Assembly (NCBI GenBank): GCA_043228905.1
Contig: JBHGNT010000003.1
Location: forward strand, 21,824,001-21,888,000
Reading direction: 5' to 3'
DNA from: Azolla caroliniana
Lineage: Eukaryota > Plantae > Polypodiophyta
DNA: 64,000 nt
Position numbers and translations under genes: made by a program. Of this stretch, positions 49,811-62,384 are shown one piece after another. Numbering within the stretch: position 1 is the stretch's first letter; every line of letters starts with the position of its first letter. Below the pieces are notes generated by a model. It had not been told where the DNA came from. It ran no database searches and worked only from the letters and a program-made list of their open reading frames with translations.

Positions 49811-51386
49811 TATTCTTCTGTGTCAAAACATTTAAATATACGTTGATGCATTCTCACGTCTTTGTTTAATATCTTCCATCTTCTTGTCATGTATTGAACT
49901 TTCATGGCATTGATTCTCAAACAACACTTGAGAATGATACTAAGTTTATATCTTAACTTACTTCTGTGTCAACCTGTAATTCTGATGTTACCAAACATCA
50001 TCGGTGGTTTCCTTTCAATGTATCCTCTATAGTAGTAGCTGCTCACGAATAACATCCACAACGACTTCACAAACAAAATGGCAGTGTATTTCATTACTTC
50101 ACAAATAATTCAGTGTTCCTAGCGATGCTCTTTTCATGTTTCTTGAGTGACAGAATGATATTCTGCTTCAGATGCACTACTATCCTCTGTTGTTTATTTC
50201 TTTGACACCCATGCTACCACATGATTTACAGAATAGGGCATTCACTGGTTATACTCGTGTTTCAAGGATCTTCAGCTCAGTTTGAATCACAATACGCAAG
50301 AGCCAATTTCTTATTGGAAAAAGCACCTCCATTGAAGCAACCAAGTGAATGACTTGAATGAGCAACTTATTTTTCAAGGATCTTCAGGCCTATTTGCAAA
50401 ATCGTACAATGTCTACTATTCCTGCGATGTTGTGGGATACCATCTTGCATAAGCAATATCTGGCCTTGTGATCATTAAGCATGCGATCAGGCAAAAGCAT
50501 TTCTGGCATCATGATTCAATTTCTTTCCACAGCAGTCTCGATCATGATTCATCTCTTCTCAATAAACGCCTCGAATATTTAAAATCATGGTTTAGTTACT
50601 TCTAGAAACAACTCCTCTTATTGGAGTCTTTCTAGATGCTTATCCAACTTCATTTAGAAGATAGTATGTATATAAAATTTAATGATTTTCTCCCAACTAT
50701 AAATCCCAACAAATTCAAATAATTCATGATGATTTTGATTACAGTGTCAGGGATAATAGTACTCGCTCATAGGATATTTTCTAGATTTGATTACTATAGT
50801 CCAAACCCTAAACCTAAGCCTATAAATCATCGGCTAGCTACTGTCAAATACACAGGAAGTGAAGATTATCATCATCAGTAAAGAACATAAATATAGATAG
50901 ATTGGTACTGGCACACAATCACAAGGGTAGACAAGGAAAACAACACATTGAAACCACATAACAAATGAAATACATAAATAAATTGAACACTGGTTGACAC
51001 AGCTAGATAAATGAAATAAAATATTGAAACTCAGGAAGCAACAAAGCAAACGAAAGCAACCTAGAACATTGAGCTTCATTATATCAAAGAACATCTGCCC
51101 ACTTTGTTACACGTGAAGTGATGAAAAACCAAAGCACAACCAGTTTAAATAGTGTCATAAACACTTCCAAGAACACCTCAGGCAGTACACTTCTCAGATA
51201 TGAACGAATATAACTTCGATCAGAATATAAGAATTGTTTTTTATATAGGAAATATAAGTATTGCTGTCTTTATTTTATACTTCCATTTCTTCTCACTCAC
51301 TGCAATTTACAGCTGAGTCTGTCCCCACATTTACGTCCGTATGTACTTGCATTGTAATATCATTTAAAAGCATTCCATAGCAATTT

Positions 51387-54300
51387 TTATCGACCTCCTG
51401 CATCTTTGTAATGTCTCAACATTACCTTCTTATATTCTGTTGCAAATGACCACCACATGAAAATGTTTTAGAAAAACATGCTCAACAGTTGATAGTCTTA
51501 AATCACCTTATATACTATATGATGAGAAAACCAACTACATAACAATACATAAAGCATTCACCTTCTTGGTTAGCCCAGAGACCAGCAGCATAGCTGTTTA
51601 AAGGACTATCATTATTGGGTTCTATCAACCATACGAAAGACCACCGTGTTAGAGGAATTTATATCATCACAAGTATTTCACATGCGAAACACACAGACAA
51701 AGATAATTGAATCATTTACCGCCTAGAAGACTCTGGATTGACAAGAGAACCGTTCTCACATCATAAGCAGATGACCACTTGTCCTATTGAATAGTGATAC
51801 AAATGTTACAAAAATTAGCAACTGACTGAATGTAAAAATAATGCACATGCAACATACAACATACAACATCAACACATACATGTGCGCACTCAAATGAGCA
51901 CATAAAGATTGAGATTGTGAAAGTAAACAGACACATATACAGAAAGAAAGGAGAAATCCCTTAAGATATGTATTAGGGACATATGTACAGAATATATCCA
52001 TAGAACATATATATTCATGATTTAACAATTAAAATAAAGATATGCCTTGACATGCATGCAGAAAAAATGCATACATTCATGATATATATATTGAAGAACC
52101 TGCCTACCTGGAGAATGTCAAGGCAAATATTCCCATACTGATCCACATTGGGGTGAAAGCATGGAGGATCAAACTTGATAACTGGTGGCTTGAAAGGGTA
52201 ATCAGTGGGGAATTTGAGACAGAGTTTGTAGGACAATCCATCATAAACAGTCCCCAAACTACCTTTAATTGTACCAACCCAGGAGAATATATTGTCTCCT
52301 TCAGGAAAAGCAGAAACACCAGGATCACCGCGTGTCTGGATAATGAGCACAAGAAAATCCTCAACCCAGATAATGACCTCAATTTGCTGATAATTTATTC
52401 ATCAGTATCACTCAATAGGCTCGTGTTCCAAACTATGTGCCATTCTTAAGATGTGTTTACTTGAACCTATGCAGCTATTGAGTTAGTTAAACATAATAAT
52501 CAGAGTAATAAACGTACCATTAACGTCATCAATTCCGACTGTAGCCTGCAAAAAACCAATTGAGAGATGAATATGAGAAAATTATACTAAACCACTACCA
52601 GCACAATTAATACACAGTATGTTACAACTATACCAAAACAGAACCCCGCAGTATGGTTGCAAAACTCTATTTACTCTACGAGATACTGATAAGTGAAATT
52701 AAAAACATTTGCTATAAACTTAATGTGTCAAATTCAGAGATCTAAGCACGAACAGTCTCCAGATGGTCCTAGACTTAGCAAAGCATGGTATTAGAACTTG
52801 ATGACGCATACAATGAATTTATCTATATGATCAGTTGCGAACAAAAGAACCCTGGGAACTATACTCCTATTTTATAATGAAAGAAAGTTGAACTATACTC
52901 CTATTTTATAATGAAAGAAAGTTGAACTATACTCCTATTTTATAATGAAAGATAGTTTTGCTTTACATAGACCAAAATATATCTCCATCATCAGGCCTCA
53001 GATCGTCCTAGTCTTTGTAAATTTGGCATCACAGAGTTACCATAAATTATAAACAATCATCAGTGGCCCGATTCGCTGAAGGAGCCAAAAAGAATACTCA
53101 AACATCGCAGCATTTTGAACTACTATTTGAAGATCAGTACCAGTGCATATCTATCAGGCCTCAGATCGTCCTAGTCTTTGTAATTTTGGCATCACGTATG
53201 TCAGTTACCATAAATTATAAAATGTCATCAGTGGCCTGATAGCAAAGAAACATATTTACTAACTATTTTCAGCAATAAAAATCATTTTTCCCAACAAAAA
53301 CAGTCTCAGCAACAGTGCTTGTGCTTATCTTCGGGCCTCAGGGAGGTCTTAGTCTTTGCACATGATTATGTTCGTATAATAACGTCAGTTACCATGTAAC
53401 AATACAAGATCATCGTAGGGCTGTTTAGATCTTTAACAAGAAGAATCATAGATAGATAGCATGGAACTGACAAAGGGAGGAAAAACACAATTGCAAATCT
53501 CAATGATGCCTCAGATCGTCCTAGTCTTTGCAAATGCGGCTTCATACATAAGATTATGTCAGTTACCATATATTATATACGATCATCAATGGCCAGAAAA
53601 ATACCTTCTCATCTCTGCTGTAGCCATACATCTAAAATAAGTCAAATATTTCTACTTAAGACAAATATTTCCCTTTCTATCATAGGACAAATCTAAAGAA
53701 TGAGCATGTAACTCTGAAGAAAGTTAAATGAGTGATATGGCAATCCAAAGCCTCACGTACATACGTAGAAAAGATAAAAAAACAACACCAATATCTTCAG
53801 TTGACAACAACTCGAGAAACAAAGCAAGTTATGTCAGTTACCATATATTATATACGATCATCAATGGCCAGAAAAATACCTTCTCATCTCTGCTGTAGCC
53901 ATACATCTAAAATAAGTCAAATATTTCTACTTAAGACAAATATTTCCCTTTCTATCATAGGACAAATCTAAAGAATGAGCATGTAACTCTGAAGAAAGTT
54001 AAATGAGTGATATGGCAATCCAAAGCCTCACGTACATACGTAGAAAAGATAAAAAAACAACACCAATATCTTCAGTTGACAACAACTCGAGAAACAAAGC
54101 AAGTCAAGAATAGCATCCATATAATTCTTTAAGGACAGTCAAAAACCGCATGTTATGGTGGTATCACAACAAACATCAAAACAATGAAAAACGACCAGAA
54201 AGGCGCTAACTTTAGTATTGTCAGTACAGAAGACATAAACATGGAGTAAACTCAGAAAGAAGCGGATGAATAAGTACCTCCTGGAGACTGAGTGTGTTTC

Positions 54301-54396
54301 CACAGGATTTGAAGGAGCTTTAGGGTTTTTGAGGCTTGCCGGGGTAGCTGGTGCAGAGATAGCAAGGTTATCGGGCTGCGGTCGATCGAAGTTCAT
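51387..54396 (-). CDS. Ubiquitin-conjugating enzyme E2-C (UBC19/UBC20, UBE2C-like); exons 54396-54278, 52545-52518, 52335-52108, 51783-51720, 51621-51562, 51436-51387; ~182 aa
   Basis: [37 protein letters not shown]...PTDYPFKPP...[47 protein letters not shown]. Active-site Cys present; all GT-AG. Confidence 0.95.
52855..54104. repeat. Nested tandem duplications in UBC intron 1: short aactatactcctattttataatgaaag x3, older ~165-185-bp units, and a near-identical 275-bp pair
   Basis: cctcagatcgtcctagtctttg motif near 52995, 53160, 53335 and 53510; ttatgtcagttaccatatattatatacg at 53554 and 53829. Confidence 0.85.
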
Positions 54397-54711
54397 GGTG
54401 GAGCGTGTGTGTGTGTCTGTATGAGAGAGAGAGAGAGAGAGAGAGAGAAATGGATGGAGAGAGGCCAACGAGACGGGAGATGGACGGAAGCAGAGGAAGA
54501 GATCAAACAGAAGAAGAAGAAGGAAGGAGGAGAAGGCAACACAACACAACACACTTCTTGCTTCCTTTCTTCTTCTGTCTGCTTGCTTCGCGTGTCTCCA
54601 GAACCCTAACCCTAGAGCCTACTACACAGGGAGACGTTTGGGGGGGCTTGTTTTATAGGAATTAGAGAGAGACAGAGAGAGATCTGGAATGAGTGAGTCT
54701 CTCTCTCTCTC

Positions 54712-54742
<31 letters not shown>

Positions 54743-54808
54743 TCTTCTCTCTGATTGGATGGATGGATTGGATTGATTGGGTAGAAGAAGAAGAAGAAGA
54801 AGCAAATT

Positions 54809-54819
54809 TGACCGTTGGA
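54809..54819 (-). promoter_or_regulatory. MSA (mitosis-specific activator, MYB3R-binding) element upstream of UBE2C
   Basis: Minus strand TCCAACGGTCA matches the YCYAACGGYYA consensus, consistent with a G2/M-expressed E2-C gene. Confidence 0.6.
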
Positions 54820-56164
54820 AGTGTATGTATGTATGTATCGGTATGTATGTATGTATGTATGTATGTATCAGTATGTATGTATGTAGAACGGAACTAATAG
54901 TTACGTGTGTTTTATTTACTTTTTTGAACATTGTGGCCCCCCTCCTGCCTTTCCTTGTTTGTGCCAATGTAATGAATGAATGATGCATCGGTCCCTTTAG
55001 CCTGCCTGCCGCCCATATTACGGCCGGGGCAGTCGTCCGCAGAGCGCACATGCCTCCTAGTGCCCGAAACACACACTCTGCCCTGCCCGAAAACACACAC
55101 TCTTCAATCCTCAATGGGAGAGCGAAGTCAATCTTGTAAACTGAAGGTCTTGAGTTCAATCCTCAATGGGGGCATATGTCAAGAGGTGTTGACACTTCGA
55201 GTGCTTTAAAAAGCAACATATAAGATATTTAGTAGGGGGCATATGTTCAAAAGTGTGTTCTTATATCCCTTGACGCTTTGACTCGATAAGCAACAAGTAA
55301 GATCTTTGGTTGAATGTTGGGTTCAATCCTTAATGGGGGCATATGTCATAAATAAACTGTGCAAACAATGATATATTATAGAGTTTGTATGTAAGAAAAT
55401 CTCAACAACAACTGGGATCTTAAATAAATTCATGGATAGATAAAGACATTTACTAAAACAAATCGCCTCTATAGCTTGCAAACTGAAGGTCTTGAGTTCA
55501 ATCCTCAGTGGGGGCATATGTCAACAAGTGTCTTCTTGTATCTGTTGACACTTTGAGTGTTTTAAAAAGCAACTTGTAAGAATTTTGGTATAAGGTTAAG
55601 TTCTACCCTTAGTGGTGGCAATGTTCAAAAGTGTGCTCTTGTATCCCTCAACGCATTAACTAATAAGCAACAAGCAAGATCATTGGTTGAATGTTGCATT
55701 CAATCCTTCACGGGGGCATATGTCATCAAGAACGTAACCGTGCAAACAATAATATATTATAGAGTTTGGATGTTAGAAAATCTCGACAATAAGTGGGATC
55801 TTACATAAATTCACGAATAAATAAGGGGTTTTCTACGAAACACAATGCTTCTATAGCTCATTGGTAGAGCGTCAACCTTGTAAACTAGAGGTCTTTAGTT
55901 CAATCCTCAGTGGGGGAATATGTCAACAAGTGTCTCCAAGTGTATAGCTCAGTGGTAGAGCATCCTTCTTGTAAATTGAAGGTCTTGAGTTCAATCCTCA
56001 GTGGGGGAATATGTCAACAAGTGTCTCCAAGTGTATAACTCAGTGGTAGAGCATCCTTCTTGTAAATTGAAGGTCTTGAGTTCAATCCTTATTGGGGGCA
56101 TGTGTCAACAAGTGTCTTCGCTTCTATAGCTCCGTGGTCTTGTAAACTGGAATGAAGGTCTTGA

Positions 56165-57548
56165 ACCGACCCGATCGGGGTTTAGAGAAGCGAATACCAG
56201 TGAACACGGAGAAGGGACTGAGCGAGGTCGGTGGCCACGAAAAGAACACCCGAGAGGGATCCTCCACACCTAACCCAAAGACTTCGGCAGTGTCGGATCA
56301 ACATAAGACCAAGGGGATGAAGGTCTTAGCAGTCGATGAAGTTGTGTAGAGTATTGCGGAGAACGATAGGGGCCAAGAGGGCCGGCGAAAGGGGGCGATC
56401 CTCGAGCAGAGCAACGTATTGAAGAGTACGGAGGACCGGAATGGGTGCCGGGAAGGAAGGGTGCTTCACTTATGAAGGTACACAAAGGACGGAGCAAGAG
56501 GCATGCATATGGTTGCTTGAGGACCAAAGAAGGAGCATGCATTCGGAGGAGCCGTGACAAGTGACCGACAATGGAGGTCGGATTGAGCCTACAAAGAGGC
56601 AAGCGCAAACCGAAAAAGGAGGACAACCCGAAAGTTGACGGTTTGGGACGGGTAGAGGCCAGCATGGCAGCCGGGGGTCGGAATGGCGGAGGATCCGGTT
56701 GATCATTATCGCCGAAAATCTCTCACCTTCTTTCCCTCTTTGCACATGCCGAAGGATGTGCGGTTTGGTGGGGGTGGATTTCGTGAAGATTTCCAGCTAC
56801 GGTGAGAAAACCGGATGGAATGGGCAAAGTCGATGTGCAACATGTGCAACTGTACATTAGGGAATGTATATAAAATAATAAGGGAAATTATCCCACATTG
56901 TAACGTCCTTCTCTCCTTGGACTATTTCTCTCGGTTCCTATCTCTTTTATTGGTTAGGTTTTAGTCCGGTTTAGAGCTTGTATGGTCTGAGGGTTTCCGT
57001 TCGTAGCTCTGTCACCTATGCAAGACCCCACTCGTGTAGGCGAGCCTGAGTGCTCCCCGATTGGTGCTTGACTGTAGAAGACTATTGTATATGTTCGGTA
57101 TTGGACCGGCTCGAAACCGGTGTTGTAACTTGTGTCCCTTGTAAATATATATGAGAAACTTCGGTGTGCATATATCTGTGTCGATGTCTTTGGGTTTCGT
57201 CTTGTCCGGATGTGCTTGTGATGTGTGTGTGTTGAGTTGTTCCGTGTCGCGGTGTGTCTCCTTTTTTGATCCGTAGACTCGTGATTTTGTATATAAGAGG
57301 GTGCGAAGAGTCGGTGTGTGTGCTTGTGCTCTCCCTCTCTTCAATCCGGTTGCTTCCGGAACGCATCCGGTCGCATCCAGATCTGTCCAGTTCAGTTGCT
57401 TCCGGCTCGCATTCGGAATCGTCCTGGTTGGTGCGACAACCAATGTAACCGGCCCCAGAGAAATTGGCCTTCCCGCAACCATCTCTCCCTGGTCCATGAC
57501 CTTGTTGGACACGCCCGATCCGACACATGCGCACGTATTTCCACGACA
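56165..57548. mobile_element. LTR-retrotransposon-derived insertion in the Thr array, including an LTR-like segment at 57010-57548 (TGTC...GACA)
   Basis: GC-rich. 56700-56925 is homologous to 61310-61545. TATA-like tatataagagg near 57290. No matching TSD found. Confidence 0.6.
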
Positions 57549-57806
57549 ATGTCAGTCTTGTAAACTAAAGGTCTTCAGTTCAATCCTTAGTGGCGGTATA
57601 TGTCAACAAGTGTCTTCGCCTCTATAGCTCAGTGGTAGAACGTGAGTTTTGAGTTTTGTAAACTGAAGGTCTTGAGTTCAATCTACTATGGGGGCATATG
57701 TCAACAAGTGCCTTCACCCAACTCTTTACACTTTGAGTGTTCTAAAAAATAAATTGAAGGTCTTGAGTTCAAACTTTAGTGGGGGCATATGTCAATAGTT
57801 GTCTTC

Positions 57807-57878
57807 GCCTCTATAACTTAGTGCTAGAGCGTCAGTCTTGTAAACGGAAGGTCTTGAGTTCAATCCTTAGTGGGGGCA
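57807..57878 (+). pseudogene. tRNA-Thr(TGT) pseudogene (full length, with D-arm and anticodon-stem lesions)
   Basis: ACTT/GAGC D stem, D-loop GG changed to GC, TCAGT/ACGGA anticodon stem. Confidence 0.75.
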
Positions 57879-58124
57879 TATGTCAACAAGTGTCTTCGCT
57901 TCTATAACTCAGTGGTAAGAGTGTCGGTCTTGTAAACTGAAATGAAGGTCTTGAGTTCAATCCTAAGTGGGGGCATATGTCAATAATGTGTTTTGTCAAC
58001 TCATTTGTTGACACTTTGAGTGGTCTAAAAAGTATCTTGTAAGATCTTTAGTAGAGGGTTAAGTTCTACCCTTAGTGGGGGCATATGTTGAAAAGTGTGT
58101 TTTTATATTATATAGTTTGAACGT

Positions 58125-59800
58125 TGTCGAGTTGTTACGCTCTTCGCGTGCAGAAAGAGGCGGAACCGTGGGGGCCTTGAACCAAGGAGTGTGAGAAAGA
58201 AGGGAGAGAGAACAAAGTCTTAATTACAAAATCAATAACGATTACAATCGGCAAGCCGGCAACGGACCCAACTCAGGCGAATACACACCCACATGATACT
58301 CACGCACGCACATAGCCCCGATTGCACCGTGGAGCCTCTACCGGAAGCACACGAGTTGTCCACGAAGCAGAGGCAACTCAGTCCAAAACCCTGCAGAGAA
58401 CGACGAACGATGGAGGAGAGAGCTCGGTCCCAGTCCGACAGCACTTCGTCCTCGCTCCTCAAAGAAAACGCGCTCCCCCTTTTTTTCCTCACTTCTCCCT
58501 CTCTTTTATAGCCCAAGGAGGGAGGCCGTTACCACTCGTTACATCATGTTTATTCCCTGTCCGAAAGGACAGGGATACGCCTTGAATTCCTCCCTACCGA
58601 ATGCGTGCTACCTAGGATTTCGCCTCAGGCGACTTGTACCTACCTACGTACTATACAACAAAACTTGTGCCCACGTGTAAGGGCCGGTTTACGCACGTTA
58701 TACCCGGTTTCCGCCTAGGGACGGTTTTCTCCACGACATCCGCCCCCACCTAACTGCGCATCCACCGGTATGCGCCAAAATTAGACTCTTGCCGGAGAAG
58801 ACCGGCCCACGCTTATCCTTCGTCTTCCGGATCGGCATCCATTCTGAGCCGATCGTTGTCGCTATCCAGGTCGTCCGGGTCTGGTTCAACCTCGTGCCGC
58901 ATTTTGAATGCTTTGATCCTTTTCCCCACCACCGGTACCGCCATCCTTGTCCCGTCGAGGAGATTGTCTGCTCCGTTGGCATGATCGACTTCTGCCCGTA
59001 CATTAGCTCTGCCAGCATGAACCCGATTACCGAACTGTGCGTGGTTCGGTCTGCCCACAACGCATAGGGTAAGAGCCGCGGCTAGTTCCCGACATGGCCT
59101 CCACACGCCCGTACCAATACTTTGACAATCGGCCCGTGTCCGCGTTCCACCTTCCCGTCAGCCTCCGGATTGTACGCTGTGGTGAGCGAGAGTTTAACCC
59201 CTAGCCGGTCAAACAACTCTTTTGGCTTTTGCGCGTCTAATTCTCCGTGGTCGGCCACGATATTACCGACGCACCCGTACCGGCATACCACATCTTCGAT
59301 TAGAAACCGGCACACGGCCGCGTTCATTTTGTTCTGCAACACTCGGCCTTCCACCTGGTTCGTCAGGTCCTCCCGAGCCAGCACCAGATATCGCATCTGC
59401 CCTACCCCCATCAACATTGTCACCAGATCCACCATCCACTTGAAGTGGACCGTCAGAGGGTAGGTCGGGTGAAGCTCATCTTGATGTCGGACTATGGAGT
59501 GCATCTGATAGCTTTCGCAAGTCGTCACGACCGAACCGCGCAACACTCCGATTGAGGTGGAGCGCGATCTAGTCGTGGATTGTTCGACTGGGGCCAGAAT
59601 CGGCATGAACGTGTCGATACAGAAGGGGGTGCGGGATGAGCAGTCCTCTTTTACATGGGGAGAAAGACCGACCGGGCGAAGGTCGGGAATCAAAAGGGAG
59701 GTGATGAAGGGTACAGAACGAGTCGGACAGGATCGACATCGGAGCCGAAACTTCGGACATTGGAGAATCAAGCCCAAACGGGGCTTGATTGATCACAGAG
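58125..59800 (-). mobile_element. Ty3/gypsy relic: 3' LTR 58125-58738 (TGTCG...CGACA), PPT and degenerate integrase
   Basis: PPT GGGGGCGGA at 58747-58739. IN core HFKWMVDLVTM...AREDLTNQVEGR...VCRYG...VADHGE...TTAYNPEADGKVERGH, then (after a stop) PYALWADRTT, located at the 3' end of pol (gypsy order). Confidence 0.85.
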
Positions 59801-61755
59801 CGGATGCTTTCCATTGACACCACTAAAGGGGTCGGTGGCCCGGATGAGTCGTTAGGGGTAGTTACAAAATCGATGTCCCCACATCTTGATCGGAGACTTC
59901 GGCAGCCGGCAACGAGGCCGACGTGAGACCGAGAGAGATGGAAGATGGAGGCAGGAGCACAGCGAAAAGATCGATGACGAGTTTGAGAGAAGTACAAGGT
60001 ATGAAGCGGAGAGCGAAGACCGGTCCTATGGGTCACCTCACACCAAATCTAGAGACTTCGGCGGTCGGCATCAGATCCGATGTAAGACCAAGATACTGAC
60101 GGTGGCGGCAAGAGAATGGGACTCGGCAATCCAGAGAATGACGGACGGACCCGGACGGGAATCGGGCAGAGCGGACTTCTGGATAACCGATCCGGAAGAA
60201 GGGAAAGAGCAGGCCTACGAAGAGGCCAGGAACACGGTACGTCGGTACCACGGGAGAAAGTGTGGAGCGAGCCACCCTCTCGACTTGCGGGCAAAGATGA
60301 CCTAGGATAAGGGTTCGAGATACGACGAGCCCTAGGAGGATCCTTCACACCGGCTCTAGAGACTCCGACGGTCGGCCCGAGAGCTGTCATGAGACCTAGA
60401 GCGACGAACGGTGGTGACGAGGGGACGAAGGCAAGGAAGTGTGGAGGGGCGATCCTACGACGATCCTCACACCGATCCGGAGACACCGGCAGTTCAAGCC
60501 GACATGGCAATGTGAGACCGAGTGAGAAGGATGGTGGTGGTAGGTGAACGGGATCGAGCAAAAGGGAAGGTCCCACAGAGATCCTCACACCGATCCGGTG
60601 GTCGGCCCGAGTGCCGGCGTGAGTCCTATAGGAAAGGACGGTGGCGGTAGGAGAACGTGGCTGGACGACGAAGGCGGAGCGGCAAGGAGGTCCTATGGGT
60701 TCCTCACACCAATCCGGAGTCACCGGTAGTTCAAGCCGACAAGGCAACGTGAGACCGAGTGAGAAGGACGGTGGCGGCAGGAAACGGGAACCGGCGATGT
60801 AGGTAGAGCGGACCGGAAGCTGGCAAGGCCAGAGTTGACAAGGGCGAAACCCTTACTAGCCGGTTACAGGTTTGAAAAGGAGCCGGTAAGAGGTGAGCGA
60901 GGAGCAGTGTGCCAAGCCGGATGGGCACACCCGGGAGCGGATCAAGAGACGTGCATATGGTCATTAAGGGCCGGTTTGAAGCACGAGTATGGGACGATGT
61001 TTGGCACGGGTAGTGCCGAACAAGGACGACGGAAGACAACACACGGAGGTGCAGAAAGGATGTATAGGCGCGAAGGATGATTTCCGGTTCAGGTGATCTC
61101 GAATGGAAGACCAAGGAGACGGAAGGTGGCGGCGAGGGGATGAAGGCGATGGGCAACAACACAGGGGCGGCATCCGGCGAGTGAAGGCGGGGAGAAACCG
61201 GATTGGCAACGGTGTTCGGGAGGGCCGATCGAAGAAGAAGGCGCGTGCGGCGGACGAGGTGGATCGGGTGGAGCCGGCAAGACAGACGGGTGCCGGTGAG
61301 GTAGAGGACCTGGTTAATCACCGTCGCCGGAATCGCTCACCCCTTTCCTTTCTTGGCACATACCGGTGGATGTGCGGTTTGGTGGGGGTGGATGTCATGA
61401 AGATTTACGGCCACAGTGTGAAACCATGGTGGAATAGGGCAAGTCAGTGGTGTGCAACATGTGCACATGTATAGTAGGAAACGATGTATAGAATAAAGGG
61501 GAGTATTTGTCCCACATTGTAACGCCCTCCCCTCCTTGGTCTATAAAAGGGGGGAGGGGTCCCTTGTTGAGGGGTTGCCCATTTTGAGTCGTAAGGGTAT
61601 ACCATTTTTGTGGAGGGTCTTTATGAGGAGGAGAGGTGCATGGGCACACCCGAAACGCTCCCTCGTCACAAGACGACCGAACATTCAAGGAAGACACAAA
61701 CACACACAAGAATGCTCTTACGCTGTCGTAGTGTATTTCGTACACTACGTGAAAA
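59800..61755 (+). mobile_element. GC-rich LTR-like region with internal tandem repeats, probably the long 5' LTR of the element at 62385 onwards
   Basis: Repeats cctcacaccgatccgg and agttcaagccgac at 60330-60790; TATA ctataaaaggggg at ~61542; homology to 56700-56925. Confidence 0.5.
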
Positions 61756-62384
61756 AATAAAAATAATATAACCGATTTAATTGCATATAAATAAATAAAA
61801 TCAGAATATCAAAATACTTATCACGTGCATAAGGCAAGATTCAAACCCTGTACCTCCATGTAGCCAAACCTCAACTTTACCATTATGCTACCTTATCTTT
61901 AGTGTTTTATAAATAGATTTAATAACTATAAGTGCTTTATTTGTGCCTACCTTTATTAAAAGGTAAATCATGCATTTTTAGAGTGTGTGAATATTTTATA
62001 GAAAAAACGCAATCAACTAAAAAGTGACTCATGCACATCTAGTGTGCATGAGCACTATATTTAGCAAATAAAAGCAAGGATTAGAAAAGCATCACATGCA
62101 TATTTAGTGTGCATGAACATATTAGAAAAAAGCATGTAGCTATGCTTAGTCTCTCCCATCACTATATAAGGATGGGGAGCACATTGTAGTTTTGTTGATT
62201 TTTTTTCTATAATGATCAATCAATCTAAAATATTCGTGGGATTCACGAATTTCCTAAAATAATTCTCTCTTTCTACCTAAATATTGACTAAATATACTAA
62301 ACTCGTGGGATTCACAAGATTCTTATCTTATAACTCTTTATACCTATTCTTTACTAGCCTTATTTGTATTTTTCTTCCTCCTAG

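Larger units (their letters stand above)
55117..58084 (+). repeat. Tandem array of ~15 whole or partial tRNA-Thr(TGT) pseudogenes; core unit 91 bp (72-nt tRNA plus 19-nt spacer TATGTCAACAAGTGTCTTC); split by an LTR-derived insertion
   Basis: Consensus GCCTCTATAGCTCAGTGGTAGAGCGTCAGTCTTGTAAACTGAAGGTCTTGAGTTCAATCCTCAGTGGGGGCA. Near-full copies at 55847, ~55938, ~56029, 57618, 57807 and 57898. 3'-part-only or deleted copies near 55120, 55320, 55466, 55600, 55700, 57550, 57755 and 58060. Confidence 0.92.

Noticed and set aside
59886-61474. Several 130-230-aa ORFs on both strands
   Set aside because: GC-rich repetitive LTR-like DNA gives long stop-free frames; no recognisable domains.
61757-62384. 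Helitron ending in CTAG|T
   Set aside because: No GC-rich hairpin just upstream of the CTAG and no clear 5' TC terminus. Left as an unclassified AT-rich insertion with small hairpins and a SINE-like head.
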